Translations under genes and position numbers: made by a program
Origin: Amaricoccus sp.
GTDB taxonomy: Bacteria; Pseudomonadota; Alphaproteobacteria; Rhodobacterales; Rhodobacteraceae
Length of the DNA stretch: 64,000 nucleotides
Direction: 5' to 3'
Assembly (NCBI GenBank): GCA_965243535.1
Contig: CBDEVG010000045.1
Location: forward strand, 294,955 to 358,954
The notes under the pieces: generated by a model
Database searches by the model: none
What the model was told of the DNA's origin: nothing
The model's input: only the letters and a program-made list of their open reading frames with translations
Shown here: positions 1 through 10,239 of the stretch, in pieces
How the letters are laid out: each line of letters begins with the position of its first letter
Position numbering within the stretch: position 1 is the first letter of the stretch

Positions 1-98
1 CCGACCGCATCCTGCATATGCGCGACGGACGCCTGATCCAGGAATTCGTCCCCGCCCGCACCACGCTCGCCCATGTCGAGGAGGCGGTCCATGCCTAA
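1..98 (+). CDS. ABC transporter ATP-binding protein, C-terminal fragment (5' end outside window)
   Basis: Frame beginning at nt 3 reads ...DRILHMRDGRLIQEFVPARTTLAHVEEAVHA and ends at TAA 96-98, immediately before and overlapping the start of the first permease (ATGCCTAA). Position upstream of two CUT2-type permeases fits an ATPase subunit. Confidence 0.45.
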   Translation, partial: DRILHMRDGRLIQEFVPARTTLAHVEEAVHA

Positions 99-1116
99 CC
101 CGCTTTCCGCGATCGGCCCGACCGAGCGCTGGCTCTTCGTGGTCATCGCCTGCATCTGCGCCGGCCTCGCCCTGACCACCGACACCTTCTTCACGCTGGT
201 CAACGCCTTCGACCTGCTCAACTCCTCGGCGGTCAACGTCATCTTCGCCTCCGGGCTCCTGGTCGTGCTCGTCGCCGGCGGCATCGACATCTCCTTCGCG
301 GTGGCGGCCTCGGTCGTCCAGTACGTCGCCGTCACCCTGCTGATGAAGATCGGCGGCGGAACCTGGGCGGTCGGCTTCCTCCTCTGCGCCTTCCTCGGCT
401 TCTGCCTCGGGGCGCTGAACGCCACCCTCATCTACCGCTTCCGCCTGATCTCGATCGTCGTGACCATCGCGACCTTCAACCTCTTCTTCGGCCTGCTGAT
501 GTTCTTCACCGGGGGCGTGTCGATCTTCGTCCTGCCGGACTGGCTGTCGCGCCGGGTCATCCTCTTCGAATACGAGACCGCCTCGGGCTGGGCCGAGATC
601 ACCCTGCCGGTCCTCGTCATGGCCGTCGTGGTCCTCGCCACTTGGTTCCTGATGCGCAGGCTCAGCTACGGCCGGCAGCTCTTCGCCATGGGCGACAACG
701 TCGAGGGCGCCCGGCGGCTCGGCGTCAACATCGGAGCCATGCACTACCTCGCGTACGGCTGGCTCGGCGCCTGCGCCGGCGTCGCCGGGCTGATGCAGGC
801 CCACTACGCCCAGGAGGTGGTGCCGAACGCCCTCTACGGCCGGGAGCTCGAGGTGCTCGCCGCCGTGGTCCTGGGCGGCGCGCGCCTGGGCGGCGGGCGC
901 GGCACCCTGCTCGGCGCCATCCTCGGCCTCGCGCTCATCGCCATCACCCAGAACGGCCTGAACCTGCTCGGGGTCTCCCCCTACGCCTTCCGCATGATCG
1001 TGGGCTTCATCATCCTCGTGGCCATCAGCATGTCGAGCGAAAGCCTCTCCTACCTCGCCGAACGCCTGCGCCGCCCCGGCCGCACGCCCCGCCCCGCCGA
1101 TGGAGGCGCGAAATGA
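91..1116 (+). CDS. Sugar ABC transporter permease (CUT2, RbsC/AraH-like)
   Basis: Six-frame ORF 73..1116. The likely start is the second Met (MPNPLS) at 91, overlapping the upstream stop. The product is multi-TM and hydrophobic, with the Gly-rich C-terminal segment (LGGARLGGGRGTLLGAILG) typical of ribose-type permeases. Its stop overlaps the start of the next permease (ATGA at 1113-1116). Confidence 0.85.
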   Translation: MPNPLSAIGPTERWLFVVIACICAGLALTTDTFFTLVNAFDLLNSSAVNVIFASGLLVVLVAGGIDISFAVAASVVQYVAVTLLMKIGGGTWAVGFLLCAFLGFCLGALNATLIYRFRLISIVVTIATFNLFFGLLMFFTGGVSIFVLPDWLSRRVILFEYETASGWAEITLPVLVMAVVVLATWFLMRRLSYGRQLFAMGDNVEGARRLGVNIGAMHYLAYGWLGACAGVAGLMQAHYAQEVVPNALYGRELEVLAAVVLGGARLGGGRGTLLGAILGLALIAITQNGLNLLGVSPYAFRMIVGFIILVAISMSSESLSYLAERLRRPGRTPRPADGGAK

Positions 1117-2129
1117 GAGAGACCCTCGCGCGCATGTTCTCCGGCCGGCCCGCCTCCGGCCGGGCCTCGGTCCCGGCCAGCCGGGAGAACCTCGCCCTCG
1201 TGGCGCTGCTCCTCGCCCTCGTGGCCCTCTTCTCCCTGATCAGCCCGCGCTTCCTCACCGGGGCGACCTTCTCCTCCGTCGCCTACCAGCTGCCGGAACT
1301 GGGGCTGCTCACCCTCGCCATGCTGATCCCGATCCTGTCGGGCGGCCTCAACCTCGCCATCACCTACTCGGCGAACATCGCGGGCCTGGTGCTCGCCTGG
1401 ACGCTGATGTGGGGCGGCGGCGCCGAGGCGGGCCCCCTCGTCCTCCTCCTCGCCATCCTCCTCGCCCTCGCCGCCGGCGCGGCGATCGGCTGGGCGCTCG
1501 GCGCCGTCGTCGCCTACACCGGCGCCCACCCCATCCTCGCCTCGCTGGCGATGATGATCTTCCTGCGGGGCCTCGGCGAATTCCTCACCCGCGGGGGCAG
1601 CATCTCGGGCTTCCCGCCGGAGCTGATCTGGCTCGGCCAGGGCGAGATCCTCGGCGTTCCCGTGCCGCTCGTCATCTTCGGGCTCTGCGCGCTGGGCTGG
1701 GGGGTGATCCTCACCCGCACCCGGCTCGGCTTCTCCATCTACCAGATCGGCTCGAACCTCGAGGCGACGCGCTATTCCGGCGTCAACACCAAGCGGGCGC
1801 TGACCATGGTCTACGTCCTCTCCGGGCTGATGTGCGCCGTGGCCGGCGTGGTGATGGCCTCCCGCTTCAACTCGGTCCGGGTCGGCCATGGCGAGGCCTA
1901 TCTGCTCATCACCGTGCTCGCCTGCTTCCTCGGCCGGGTCGATCCCTTCGGCGGCTTCGGGCGGGTGACGCCGGTGATCCTCGCGCTGGTGATCCTCCAG
2001 GTCATCGGCTCGGGCCTCAACCTCCTCGGGGTCAACCAGCACCTCGCCACCGCCCTCTGGGGCGGCATCCTGATCGCCGTGATGGTGATGCGCTACGTCT
2101 GGGGCTGGCTCGTCACCGGCCTCCGGTGA
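1113..2129 (+). CDS. Sugar ABC transporter permease (CUT2, second membrane subunit)
   Basis: In frame with listed ORF 642..2129. Start ATG at 1113 (MRETLARMF...) sits after a GGAGG at 1103-1107. Product is a hydrophobic multi-TM protein with RbsC-family character (YSGVNTKRALTMVYVLSGLMCAVAG). Confidence 0.85.
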   Translation: MRETLARMFSGRPASGRASVPASRENLALVALLLALVALFSLISPRFLTGATFSSVAYQLPELGLLTLAMLIPILSGGLNLAITYSANIAGLVLAWTLMWGGGAEAGPLVLLLAILLALAAGAAIGWALGAVVAYTGAHPILASLAMMIFLRGLGEFLTRGGSISGFPPELIWLGQGEILGVPVPLVIFGLCALGWGVILTRTRLGFSIYQIGSNLEATRYSGVNTKRALTMVYVLSGLMCAVAGVVMASRFNSVRVGHGEAYLLITVLACFLGRVDPFGGFGRVTPVILALVILQVIGSGLNLLGVNQHLATALWGGILIAVMVMRYVWGWLVTGLR

Positions 2130-2170
2130 CCGCGGACGCCCCTCTCCACCCTATTGAAAGGAAACCTGAA

Positions 2171-3025
2171 ATGAGCGTGAGCGGCTTTGGCGTCCACACC
2201 GCGATGTGGGCCATGGAATGGGACCGCGCGGCGGCGGAATTCGCCATCCCCGAGGCGGTGAAATACGACATCGACTTCCTCGAGATCACCATGCTCGATC
2301 CCGAGGGCCTCGACATCGCCCACACCCGCGGCCTCCTGGAGAAGCATGAGGTCGAATGCGTCGCCTCCCTCGGGATGCCGCTCGACCGGCTGCCCACGAA
2401 CAACCCCGAGGGCGCGCTCGACTTCCTCAGGATGGCGATCGACGTCTCCGACGCCATCGGCGCCAAGGCGCTCAGCGGCGTCATCTACGGCGGGATCGGC
2501 CAGCGCACCGGCAAGCGGCCGACCGAGGCGGAATACGACGCCACCGCCCGCGTGGTCGAGAAGGCCGCGGCCTACGCCCGCTCCAAGGGCATGGGCTACG
2601 GGCTCGAGGCGGTGAACCGCTACGAGAACCACCTCGTCAACTCCGCCGACCAGGCCGTCCGGCTCTGCGAGCGGATCGGGGCGGACAACGTCTTCGTGCA
2701 CCTCGACACCTATCACATGAACATCGAGGAAAAGGGCCTCGCCAACGGCATCCTCCGCGCGCGGGAGCATCTGAAGTACATCCACCTCTCGGCCTCCGAC
2801 CGCGGCACTCCCGGCATGGACACGATCCAGTGGGACGAGGTCTTCGCCGCCCTCGCGGCCATCGAGTTCAAGGGCGGCATGGCGATGGAAAGCTTCATCA
2901 CCGTCCCCCCGCAGATCGCCTCGGCCCTGTCGGTCTGGCGCGACGTCGCCCCCTCCCGCGAGGAGGTGCTGACCGACGGGCTCGACTTCCTCAAGATGAA
3001 GGCGCGCCAGTACGGCCTCATCTGA
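2171..3025 (+). CDS. Ketose 3-epimerase (D-psicose/D-tagatose 3-epimerase family; xylose-isomerase-like TIM barrel)
   Basis: ATG at 2171, in frame with ORF 1100..3025. The segment NRYENHLVNSADQAVRLCERIGADNVFVHLDTYHMNIEE aligns with the metal-binding core of Agrobacterium D-psicose 3-epimerase (NRFENHVLNTAAEGVAFVKDVGKNNVKVMLDTFHMNIEE). Length is 284 aa. Confidence 0.8.
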   Translation: MSVSGFGVHTAMWAMEWDRAAAEFAIPEAVKYDIDFLEITMLDPEGLDIAHTRGLLEKHEVECVASLGMPLDRLPTNNPEGALDFLRMAIDVSDAIGAKALSGVIYGGIGQRTGKRPTEAEYDATARVVEKAAAYARSKGMGYGLEAVNRYENHLVNSADQAVRLCERIGADNVFVHLDTYHMNIEEKGLANGILRAREHLKYIHLSASDRGTPGMDTIQWDEVFAALAAIEFKGGMAMESFITVPPQIASALSVWRDVAPSREEVLTDGLDFLKMKARQYGLI

Positions 3026-3433
3026 GAAACGGGTCATCTGAGAGACGGGCCGGACCCGCGCCGGCAAAGCGCCGGCGCGGGATTTCCGGGCTCCCGGCAG
3101 GAACTCCTGTCCCTCAGCCGATAGCAGCGGACCGGCGCGACGCCCCGGGGCAGGAAAGAACCCCTCGGGTCGACCCCTCCGAACCTTCAGGCGGCCTCTG
3201 AAGCGAGGCCGCGGAGATCCGGTCCGGACTTCCCCGACCGGGGCCTCCCCCGGACCAAAGCACCGGACCGGAGCCTCCCCCGGCCGGCTCCCGCGAAGGA
3301 CGCCCAGCCCTTCGCCCCGACGCATCCCCCCGCGCCCCGGGGTTTTCGGACGGCCGCGGGACCGGCCCGGCCCCCCCTCGGCTGCCCTTTCCCCAGCATC
3401 AGAAAAAACTGGATCGAATCGTCGCCGACTGTT

Positions 3434-3463
3434 AATGACACCGATGTCATGACACCGGTGTCA
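3434..3463. promoter_or_regulatory. Two overlapping palindromic operator-like sites (ATGACACCGATGTCAT / ATGACACCGGTGTCAT) upstream of the LacI-family gene
   Basis: Read directly from the sequence. 3448-3463 is a perfect 16-bp palindrome and 3434-3449 is a 1-mismatch copy. Both sit 25-55 nt upstream of the GTG start at 3488, just before a GGGAGGGGGAG RBS. Confidence 0.5.
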
Positions 3464-3487
3464 TGACTCGGGAGGGGGAGTCCTCGG

Positions 3488-4570
3488 GTGTCGACGATCT
3501 ATGATGTCGCCCGGTCGGCCGGCGTTTCGCCCAAGACGGTGTCGCGGGTGATCAACGGCGACGCGCCGGTCAACGCCCGCACGCGCGCGGCGGTGCTCGC
3601 GGCGATGGGCGACCTCGACTACGTGCCGTCGAGCGCGGCGCGGGCGATGCGCTCCCAGCGCACCGGCCTGGTCGGCCTCGTCACCGGGGCGATCAGCGGC
3701 CGGCCCGCGGGCGGAGCCGCCACCGGCCTGCCGGACCTCCAGATCGTGCAGGGCATCCAGCGCAGCCTCGCGGCCCAGGGGCTGACGCTGCTGATCTCCG
3801 ACACCGGCGGCGACATCGCCGCGGCCCCCCGGCTCTTCCGCACCTTGCAGGAGCACCGGGTCGAGGGGGTCTTCTACGTCGCCTCCCACCACATGCGCAT
3901 CGACCTGCCGGAAATGGCGGGGCCCGGCCCGGGCGGCCCGGCGCCGCTCCTGCTCGTCAACGCCTTCGACGACGCAGGCACCCCTTGCGTGCTCCCCGAC
4001 GACGTCCACGGCCAGGAGACGCTGACCGCGGCGCTGATCGCCGAGGGGCATCGGCGCATCGGCTACCTGACCCTGCCCCCGGCGCTCCGCGCCCAACCTT
4101 TGCGGCTCGAAGGCTACCGCCGGGCGCTCGCGGCGGCGGGGCTCCCCTTCGATCCGGCCCTGGTGGCCGAGGCCGACCGGGACGGCGGCCCGGAGGAACA
4201 GGAGGCGATCGGCGCGGCCATCGACGCCATGATGGCCTCGGCCGAGCCGCCGACCGCGCTCCTCTGCGGCAACGACCGGCTGGCGGTCGCGGTCTACGGG
4301 CTCTTGCGCGCCCGCGGGCTGGCGGTGCCGGAGCGGATGTCGGTCGCGGGCTACGACGACTACCGGATGATCTCCGAGATCCTGCACCCGCCGCTCACCA
4401 CCATGGAGCTTCCCTATCTTCGGATGGGCGAGACGGCGGCGCAGCTGATGATCGGCGCGCTGCGCGGCGATGCGCCGCTCGCGCGCGGAACCCGCATCGA
4501 GGTGCGCGGCGCGCTGCGCTGGCGCGACTCGGTCACGCCGGGCCCGGCGCGGCCGCAAGGCCAACGATAA
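3488..4570 (+). CDS. LacI family transcriptional regulator
   Basis: N-terminal HTH MSTIYDVARSAGVSPKTVSRVINGDAPVNARTRAAVLAAMGDLDYVPSSAARAMR is a classic LacI/GalR DNA-binding domain, followed by a periplasmic-binding-protein-like effector domain. Apparent GTG start. Confidence 0.85.
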   Translation: MSTIYDVARSAGVSPKTVSRVINGDAPVNARTRAAVLAAMGDLDYVPSSAARAMRSQRTGLVGLVTGAISGRPAGGAATGLPDLQIVQGIQRSLAAQGLTLLISDTGGDIAAAPRLFRTLQEHRVEGVFYVASHHMRIDLPEMAGPGPGGPAPLLLVNAFDDAGTPCVLPDDVHGQETLTAALIAEGHRRIGYLTLPPALRAQPLRLEGYRRALAAAGLPFDPALVAEADRDGGPEEQEAIGAAIDAMMASAEPPTALLCGNDRLAVAVYGLLRARGLAVPERMSVAGYDDYRMISEILHPPLTTMELPYLRMGETAAQLMIGALRGDAPLARGTRIEVRGALRWRDSVTPGPARPQGQR

Positions 4571-4590
4571 AACCAGGAGGAAAGACAAGC

Positions 4591-5856
4591 ATGACCAGGA
4601 TCACCGGGGCGCTCGCCGCCCTGCTCGCAGCCAGCTGCCTCTCCGGGGCCGCCTTCGCCCAGACCGAGCTCAGCCTCTGGTACCACGGCGCCGGCAACGA
4701 GGCGGAGCGTAACATCCTCGAAGGCATCGTCGCCGACTTCAACGCCTCGCAGGGCGACTGGAAGGTGGCGATCGAGCAGTTCCCGCAGGTGGGCTACAAC
4801 GACTCCGTCACCGCCGCCGCGCTCTCGGGCAAGCTGCCCGACATCCTGGACGTGGACGGCCCCATCATGCCCAACTGGGCCTGGGCGGGCTATCTCGCGC
4901 CGCTGACGATCGACCCGGCCAAGCTCGAGGGCTTCCTGCCCGGCGTGATCGGCAAGTGGAACGACCAGATCTATTCGGTCGGCTTCTGGGACGCGGCGCT
5001 CGCCATGTTCGCGCGGAAATCGGTGCTGGAGGAGAACGGCATCCGCATTCCGACGCTTGACGCCCCCTGGACCCGGGAGGAGTTCGACGAGATCCTCGCC
5101 ACCCTCAAGGCGACGGGCAAGTACCAGTTTCCGCTCAACATCGGCATGGCCGACAAGGGCGAATGGTATCCCTACGCCTACCTGCCCTTCCTCTGGAGCT
5201 TCGGCGGCGACCTGGTGAACCGCGACGGCTACGCCACCGCCGAGGGCGCGCTGAACGGCGAGGCCGGCATCGAGTGGGGCGAGTGGTTCCAGGGCCTGGT
5301 GACCTCGGGCATGGTCCCGGGCACCTCCCAGTCCCTCGCCGACCACCAGAACGGCTTCTCCGAGGGCAAGTACGCGCTCAACTGGACCGGCAACTGGCTG
5401 GCGCTGTCGAGCCTCGAGAAGTTCGGCGACGACCTCCTCTTCCTTCCCGCCCCCGACTTCGGCCAGGGCCCGAAGATCGGCGCGGCCTCCTGGCAGTTCG
5501 GCGTCTCCGCCAAGAGCCCGCACCAGGACGGCGCGAACGCCTTCATCGAATTCGCGCTCCAGGACAAGTACTTCACCGCCTTCTCCGACGCGATCGGGCT
5601 CATCCCGCCCACCCGCGCCGCGGCGGAGGCCAGCAAGTACTACGCCCCCGGCAAACCGATGGAGGTCTTCTACGACCTCTCCGAGAAGCAGGGCGAGCTC
5701 CGGCCGGTGACGCCGGGCTACGTGGTCGAGAGCAAGATCTTCCAGAAGGCGGCGGCCGACATCGCCGACGGGGCGGATCCGGCGAGCGTGCTCGACGCGG
5801 CCGTCGACGAGATCGACGCGGACATCGCCAACAACAAGGGCTACGGCCACCAGTAA
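4591..5856 (+). CDS. ABC transporter substrate-binding protein (CUT1, family 1 SBP)
   Basis: ATG at 4591 after AGGAGGAAAG. Signal peptide MTRITGALAALLAASCLSGAAFAQ. Product of about 420 aa has sugar-SBP character, and two permease genes follow. Confidence 0.85.
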   Translation: MTRITGALAALLAASCLSGAAFAQTELSLWYHGAGNEAERNILEGIVADFNASQGDWKVAIEQFPQVGYNDSVTAAALSGKLPDILDVDGPIMPNWAWAGYLAPLTIDPAKLEGFLPGVIGKWNDQIYSVGFWDAALAMFARKSVLEENGIRIPTLDAPWTREEFDEILATLKATGKYQFPLNIGMADKGEWYPYAYLPFLWSFGGDLVNRDGYATAEGALNGEAGIEWGEWFQGLVTSGMVPGTSQSLADHQNGFSEGKYALNWTGNWLALSSLEKFGDDLLFLPAPDFGQGPKIGAASWQFGVSAKSPHQDGANAFIEFALQDKYFTAFSDAIGLIPPTRAAAEASKYYAPGKPMEVFYDLSEKQGELRPVTPGYVVESKIFQKAAADIADGADPASVLDAAVDEIDADIANNKGYGHQ

Positions 5857-5937
5857 AGCCTAAGCCCCCCGCGGCGCCGCCGGCCCCTCGGCCCACGGCG
5901 CCGCGCCGTCCCAACGCAACATTCTCGGGAGGAAGGC

Positions 5938-7020
5938 ATGGCCGCATCCGGCTCTCGCCTCTTGTCGTCGAACGGCGCCGGCTGGGGAATGGCCGCGCCC
6001 GCCTTCGGCCTGATCCTGCTGTTCATCATCCTGCCCTTCGTGCTCGCCTTCGGGCTCAGCTTCACCAACCAGCGGCTGTTCTCGCCCAATCCGACCGAAT
6101 GGGTCGGCACGCAGAACTTCCGCCAGCTGCTCGGCGTCGGGGTGCTCACCCTCGAGCCCGAACGCGACGCCGCCGGCGCGATCGAGCGCGACGCGGCCGG
6201 CGAGCCGACCTACCCCCGGCTGCGCGGCTACACCCGCAACAACCCGGACTATCCCCGTCTCCAGGGGATGCAGGAATGGTTCAGCTTCCAGCACGGGGAA
6301 AAGCGCACCTACGTGCTGGCGCGCGACGTGGTGTTCATGAAGGCGCTGCGCAACACCTTCGTCTTCGTGATCTTCGTCGCGCCGCTCCAAGGCGGGCTCG
6401 CGCTCCTGCTCGCGCTCATGGTCAACCAGAAGCTCCGCGGCATCAACGTCTTCCGGGCGGTCTACTTCATGCCCGTGGTCGTCTCGATCGTCGTCGTCTC
6501 GCTGCTCTGGCGCTTCATCTACGCGCCCTCCAACGGGCTTCTGAACAACGTCCTCGCCTGGATGACCTTCGGCGGCTTCCAGCCCGTCGACTGGCTCGGC
6601 AACCCCTCGACCGCGCTTCCCGCCATCATCGCCATGTCGATCTGGCAGGCGGTCGGCTTCCACATGGTCATCTGGCTCGCCGGCCTCCAGACCATCCCGC
6701 CGACCCTCTACGAGGCGGCGAACATCGAGGGCGCGTCCCGCTGGCAGGCGTTCCGCTACGTCACCTGGCCGGGCCTGCGCAACACCGCGGTGCTGGTGCT
6801 CATCGTCATCACCATGCAGGCCTTCGCCCTCTTCGCCCAGATCGACGTGATGACCAAGGGCGGCCCGGTCGACTCCACCCAGACCATGGTCTTCCAGGCG
6901 GTCGAGCGCGGCTACCGCAAGCAGGACATCGCGGCCGGCTCGGTGATCTCGGTCGTGCTCTTCCTGATCGTGCTCTCCATCTCGCTCATCCAGCGCCACC
7001 TCACCCGGGAGAAGACCTGA
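5938..7020 (+). CDS. Sugar ABC transporter permease (MalF/UgpA-like)
   Basis: Six TM segments with an EAA-like loop (EAANIEGASRWQAFRYVTWPGLRN). Start ATG 5938. Confidence 0.85.
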   Translation: MAASGSRLLSSNGAGWGMAAPAFGLILLFIILPFVLAFGLSFTNQRLFSPNPTEWVGTQNFRQLLGVGVLTLEPERDAAGAIERDAAGEPTYPRLRGYTRNNPDYPRLQGMQEWFSFQHGEKRTYVLARDVVFMKALRNTFVFVIFVAPLQGGLALLLALMVNQKLRGINVFRAVYFMPVVVSIVVVSLLWRFIYAPSNGLLNNVLAWMTFGGFQPVDWLGNPSTALPAIIAMSIWQAVGFHMVIWLAGLQTIPPTLYEAANIEGASRWQAFRYVTWPGLRNTAVLVLIVITMQAFALFAQIDVMTKGGPVDSTQTMVFQAVERGYRKQDIAAGSVISVVLFLIVLSISLIQRHLTREKT

Positions 7021-7898
7021 TGGCCGCCGTCGAAGGAAAGAACCAGGGCCTCGACCGCGCTTGGCGCTACGGCCTGCTGCTGATCGGCGCGGCGATCTTC
7101 GTCGGACCGCTGCTCTTCATGGTGATGTCCTCGCTCAAGCCCGACGCCCAGCTCCTCGCCGACACGTCGAGCCTGCGCGCCTTCCTGCCGGTGGGCGACG
7201 TCTCCTTCACGAACTACGTCGGCGCCTTCGCCCGGGCGCCGGTGGCCACCTTCATCTTCAACTCGGTGCTGGTGACCGGGGTGACGGTGGCGCTCTCGCT
7301 CTTCATCTGCTCGATGGCGGCCTTCTCCTTCGTCTTCCTGAACTGGCGGGGGCGCGACGTGGCGCTCGCGGTCATCATCGCGACGCTGATCGTTCCCTTC
7401 GAGACCATCGCCATCCCGATGCTGATCGTGGTGAACAACCTGCCCTGGATCGGGCCCGAGGGGATCAGCGTCGGCTGGCTCAACAGCTACCGGGTGCAGA
7501 TCGTGCCCTTCATCTCGGACGGGCTGACGATCTTCCTCTTCGTGCAGTTCTTCAAGGACCTGCCGCGCGAGCTGATCGAGGCCTGCCGCGTCGAGGGCGC
7601 GTCCTGGTTCCAGATTTACTGGCGGGTGGTCATGCCGCTCTCCGGCCCGGTCATCGCCACCGCGGCGATCCTGAAGTTCCTCTACATGTACAACCAGTAC
7701 CTCTGGCCGCTCATGGTCACCCAGGCCGAAGAATACCGGCCGGTGATGGTCGGGCTCCAGTACTTCTTCCAGCTCAACACCCCCTGGGGCGAGCTGATGG
7801 CGTATCTCTCGGTCATCACCGTGCCCGTGCTCGCCTTCTACCTCGTGCTCCAGCGCGCCTTCATTTCCTCCATCGCTTCCACCGGCGTGAAAGGCTGA
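7020..7898 (+). CDS. Sugar ABC transporter permease (MalG/UgpE-like)
   Basis: ATG at 7020 overlaps the upstream TGA (TGATGG). EAA motif IEACRVEGASWFQIYWRVVMP. In frame with long ORF 5163..7898. Confidence 0.85.
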   Translation: MAAVEGKNQGLDRAWRYGLLLIGAAIFVGPLLFMVMSSLKPDAQLLADTSSLRAFLPVGDVSFTNYVGAFARAPVATFIFNSVLVTGVTVALSLFICSMAAFSFVFLNWRGRDVALAVIIATLIVPFETIAIPMLIVVNNLPWIGPEGISVGWLNSYRVQIVPFISDGLTIFLFVQFFKDLPRELIEACRVEGASWFQIYWRVVMPLSGPVIATAAILKFLYMYNQYLWPLMVTQAEEYRPVMVGLQYFFQLNTPWGELMAYLSVITVPVLAFYLVLQRAFISSIASTGVKG

Positions 7899-7900
7899 TC

Positions 7901-8860
7901 ATGACCATCGCACTCCCCGACAAGTGGATCTGGGACAGCTGGTACGTCCGCGACGGCGACCTCTGGCACGGGTTCTTCCTTCAGGCCGACAAGTCGCTCG
8001 GCGACCCCGACCTGCGCCACTTCAACGTGACCCAAGGGCACGCGACCAGCCGCGACCTCGTGAACTGGGAGCACAAGGGCACGACCTTCGCCCCGGCGCC
8101 CAGCCCCGCCTGGGACGACTACACCACTTGGACGGGTTCGGTGGTCAAGGGCGACGACGGGCTCTGGCACCTCTTCTACACCGGCACCTGCCGGGCCGAG
8201 GAGGGGATGAAGCAGCGGATCGGCCACGCCGTCTCGACCGACCTGCACGCCTGGACGCGGGTCGGCTCGGGCCTCGCGCTCGACATCGACGCGCGCTACG
8301 AGGAATACACCCCCGGCCACTGGCACGACCGCGCCTGCCGCGACCCCTGGGTCATGCGCGATCCCCGGGGCGGCTGGATGATGTTCTTCACCGCCCGCAT
8401 CCCCGGCACGGCGGAGCCGAACGCCGGCGGCGCCGTCGGCTTCGCCACCTCGCCGGACCTGATGACTTGGACGCTCCAGGATCCGGTCTATGCGGGCGGC
8501 GCCTTCGGCCAGCTCGAGGTGCCGCAGGTCTTCGAGATCGACGGCCGCTGGTGCTGCCTCTTCTGCACCGCGCCGGAGCACTACGCCGAGGCCTACCGCG
8601 CGACCTACCCGGGCGCGCCGGTGCGCGGCACGCACTACCTCGTCGCCGACGATCCCCGCGGCCCCTGGGAGGTGGCGCCGGGCGCGTTCCTCGACGGCGA
8701 TCCGGCGGTGAACCGGTATGCGGCGCGCATCGTCATGGCGGACGACGGGATGAAGCTCCTGGGCTTCCTGCACAATCCCGGGGGCGGCGCCTTCGTGGGC
8801 GAAATCTCCGATCCGGCGCCGGTCACGGCGCAGCCGGACGGCCTGCTGAAGCTCGGCTGA
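7901..8860 (+). CDS. Glycoside hydrolase, GH32-like (clan GH-J five-bladed beta-propeller, catalytic domain only)
   Basis: N-terminal WIWDSWYVRDGDLWHGFFLQ resembles the GH32 nucleophile box (WMNDPNG...WHLFYQ). An RDP motif (CRDPWVMRD) and an EVP/EC-like motif (LEVPQVFEI) are also present. Length 319 aa. It sits inside the transporter operon. Confidence 0.55.
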   Translation: MTIALPDKWIWDSWYVRDGDLWHGFFLQADKSLGDPDLRHFNVTQGHATSRDLVNWEHKGTTFAPAPSPAWDDYTTWTGSVVKGDDGLWHLFYTGTCRAEEGMKQRIGHAVSTDLHAWTRVGSGLALDIDARYEEYTPGHWHDRACRDPWVMRDPRGGWMMFFTARIPGTAEPNAGGAVGFATSPDLMTWTLQDPVYAGGAFGQLEVPQVFEIDGRWCCLFCTAPEHYAEAYRATYPGAPVRGTHYLVADDPRGPWEVAPGAFLDGDPAVNRYAARIVMADDGMKLLGFLHNPGGGAFVGEISDPAPVTAQPDGLLKLG

Positions 8861-8880
8861 GGACAAGGGGGGAAGCGACA

Positions 8881-9951
<1,071 letters not shown>

Positions 9952-9958
9952 TCCCGAA

Positions 9959-10002
9959 GGCGCGGCGGCCCGGGCCAGGGAAATCGCCCGGGCCGCCGCG
10001 CC
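9959..10002 (+). terminator. Putative intrinsic terminator hairpin after the ABC ATPase gene
   Basis: Perfect 15-bp inverted repeat GGCGCGGCGGCCCGG (9959-9973) / CCGGGCCGCCGCGCC (9988-10002) with a 14-nt loop, 8 nt after the stop at 9951. No U-tract, which is usual for high-GC genomes. Confidence 0.4.
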
Positions 10003-10239
10003 TCCCGAACCCTGCCCGGGCGGTCGCCCCCCCGGGCGCCGCGCCGCCGGGCCCTGGAGGGTGGGCGCCCGGCCGCCCGGCCCGCCGGGCGTGGGAAAAG
10101 AGGCCGGAGGCGTCGCGCCCGACGCCGCCCGCCGCGCTTCACCCCTTCTCAACCCACCTTTCCATCCGGTTGATGGAAATTTGAATACCAAGCAATATCA
10201 TTGCCTTGACCCCGATAACACGTGTGTTACGGGGCCCCT

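Noticed and set aside
1050-3325. Long minus-strand ORFs (1050..2042, 2093..3325) and similar plus-strand ORFs overlapping the permease and epimerase genes
   Set aside because: Low-complexity Arg/Gly/Glu/His-rich translations antisense or out of frame to genes with clear homology. These are typical shadow ORFs of >68% GC DNA with strong GC3 bias.
8325-8345. TGGCACG motif resembling the -24 element of a sigma-54 promoter
   Set aside because: No TTGC -12 element at the correct spacing, and it lies inside the GH32-like coding region in the alphaproteobacterial half, far from the sigma-54 activator.
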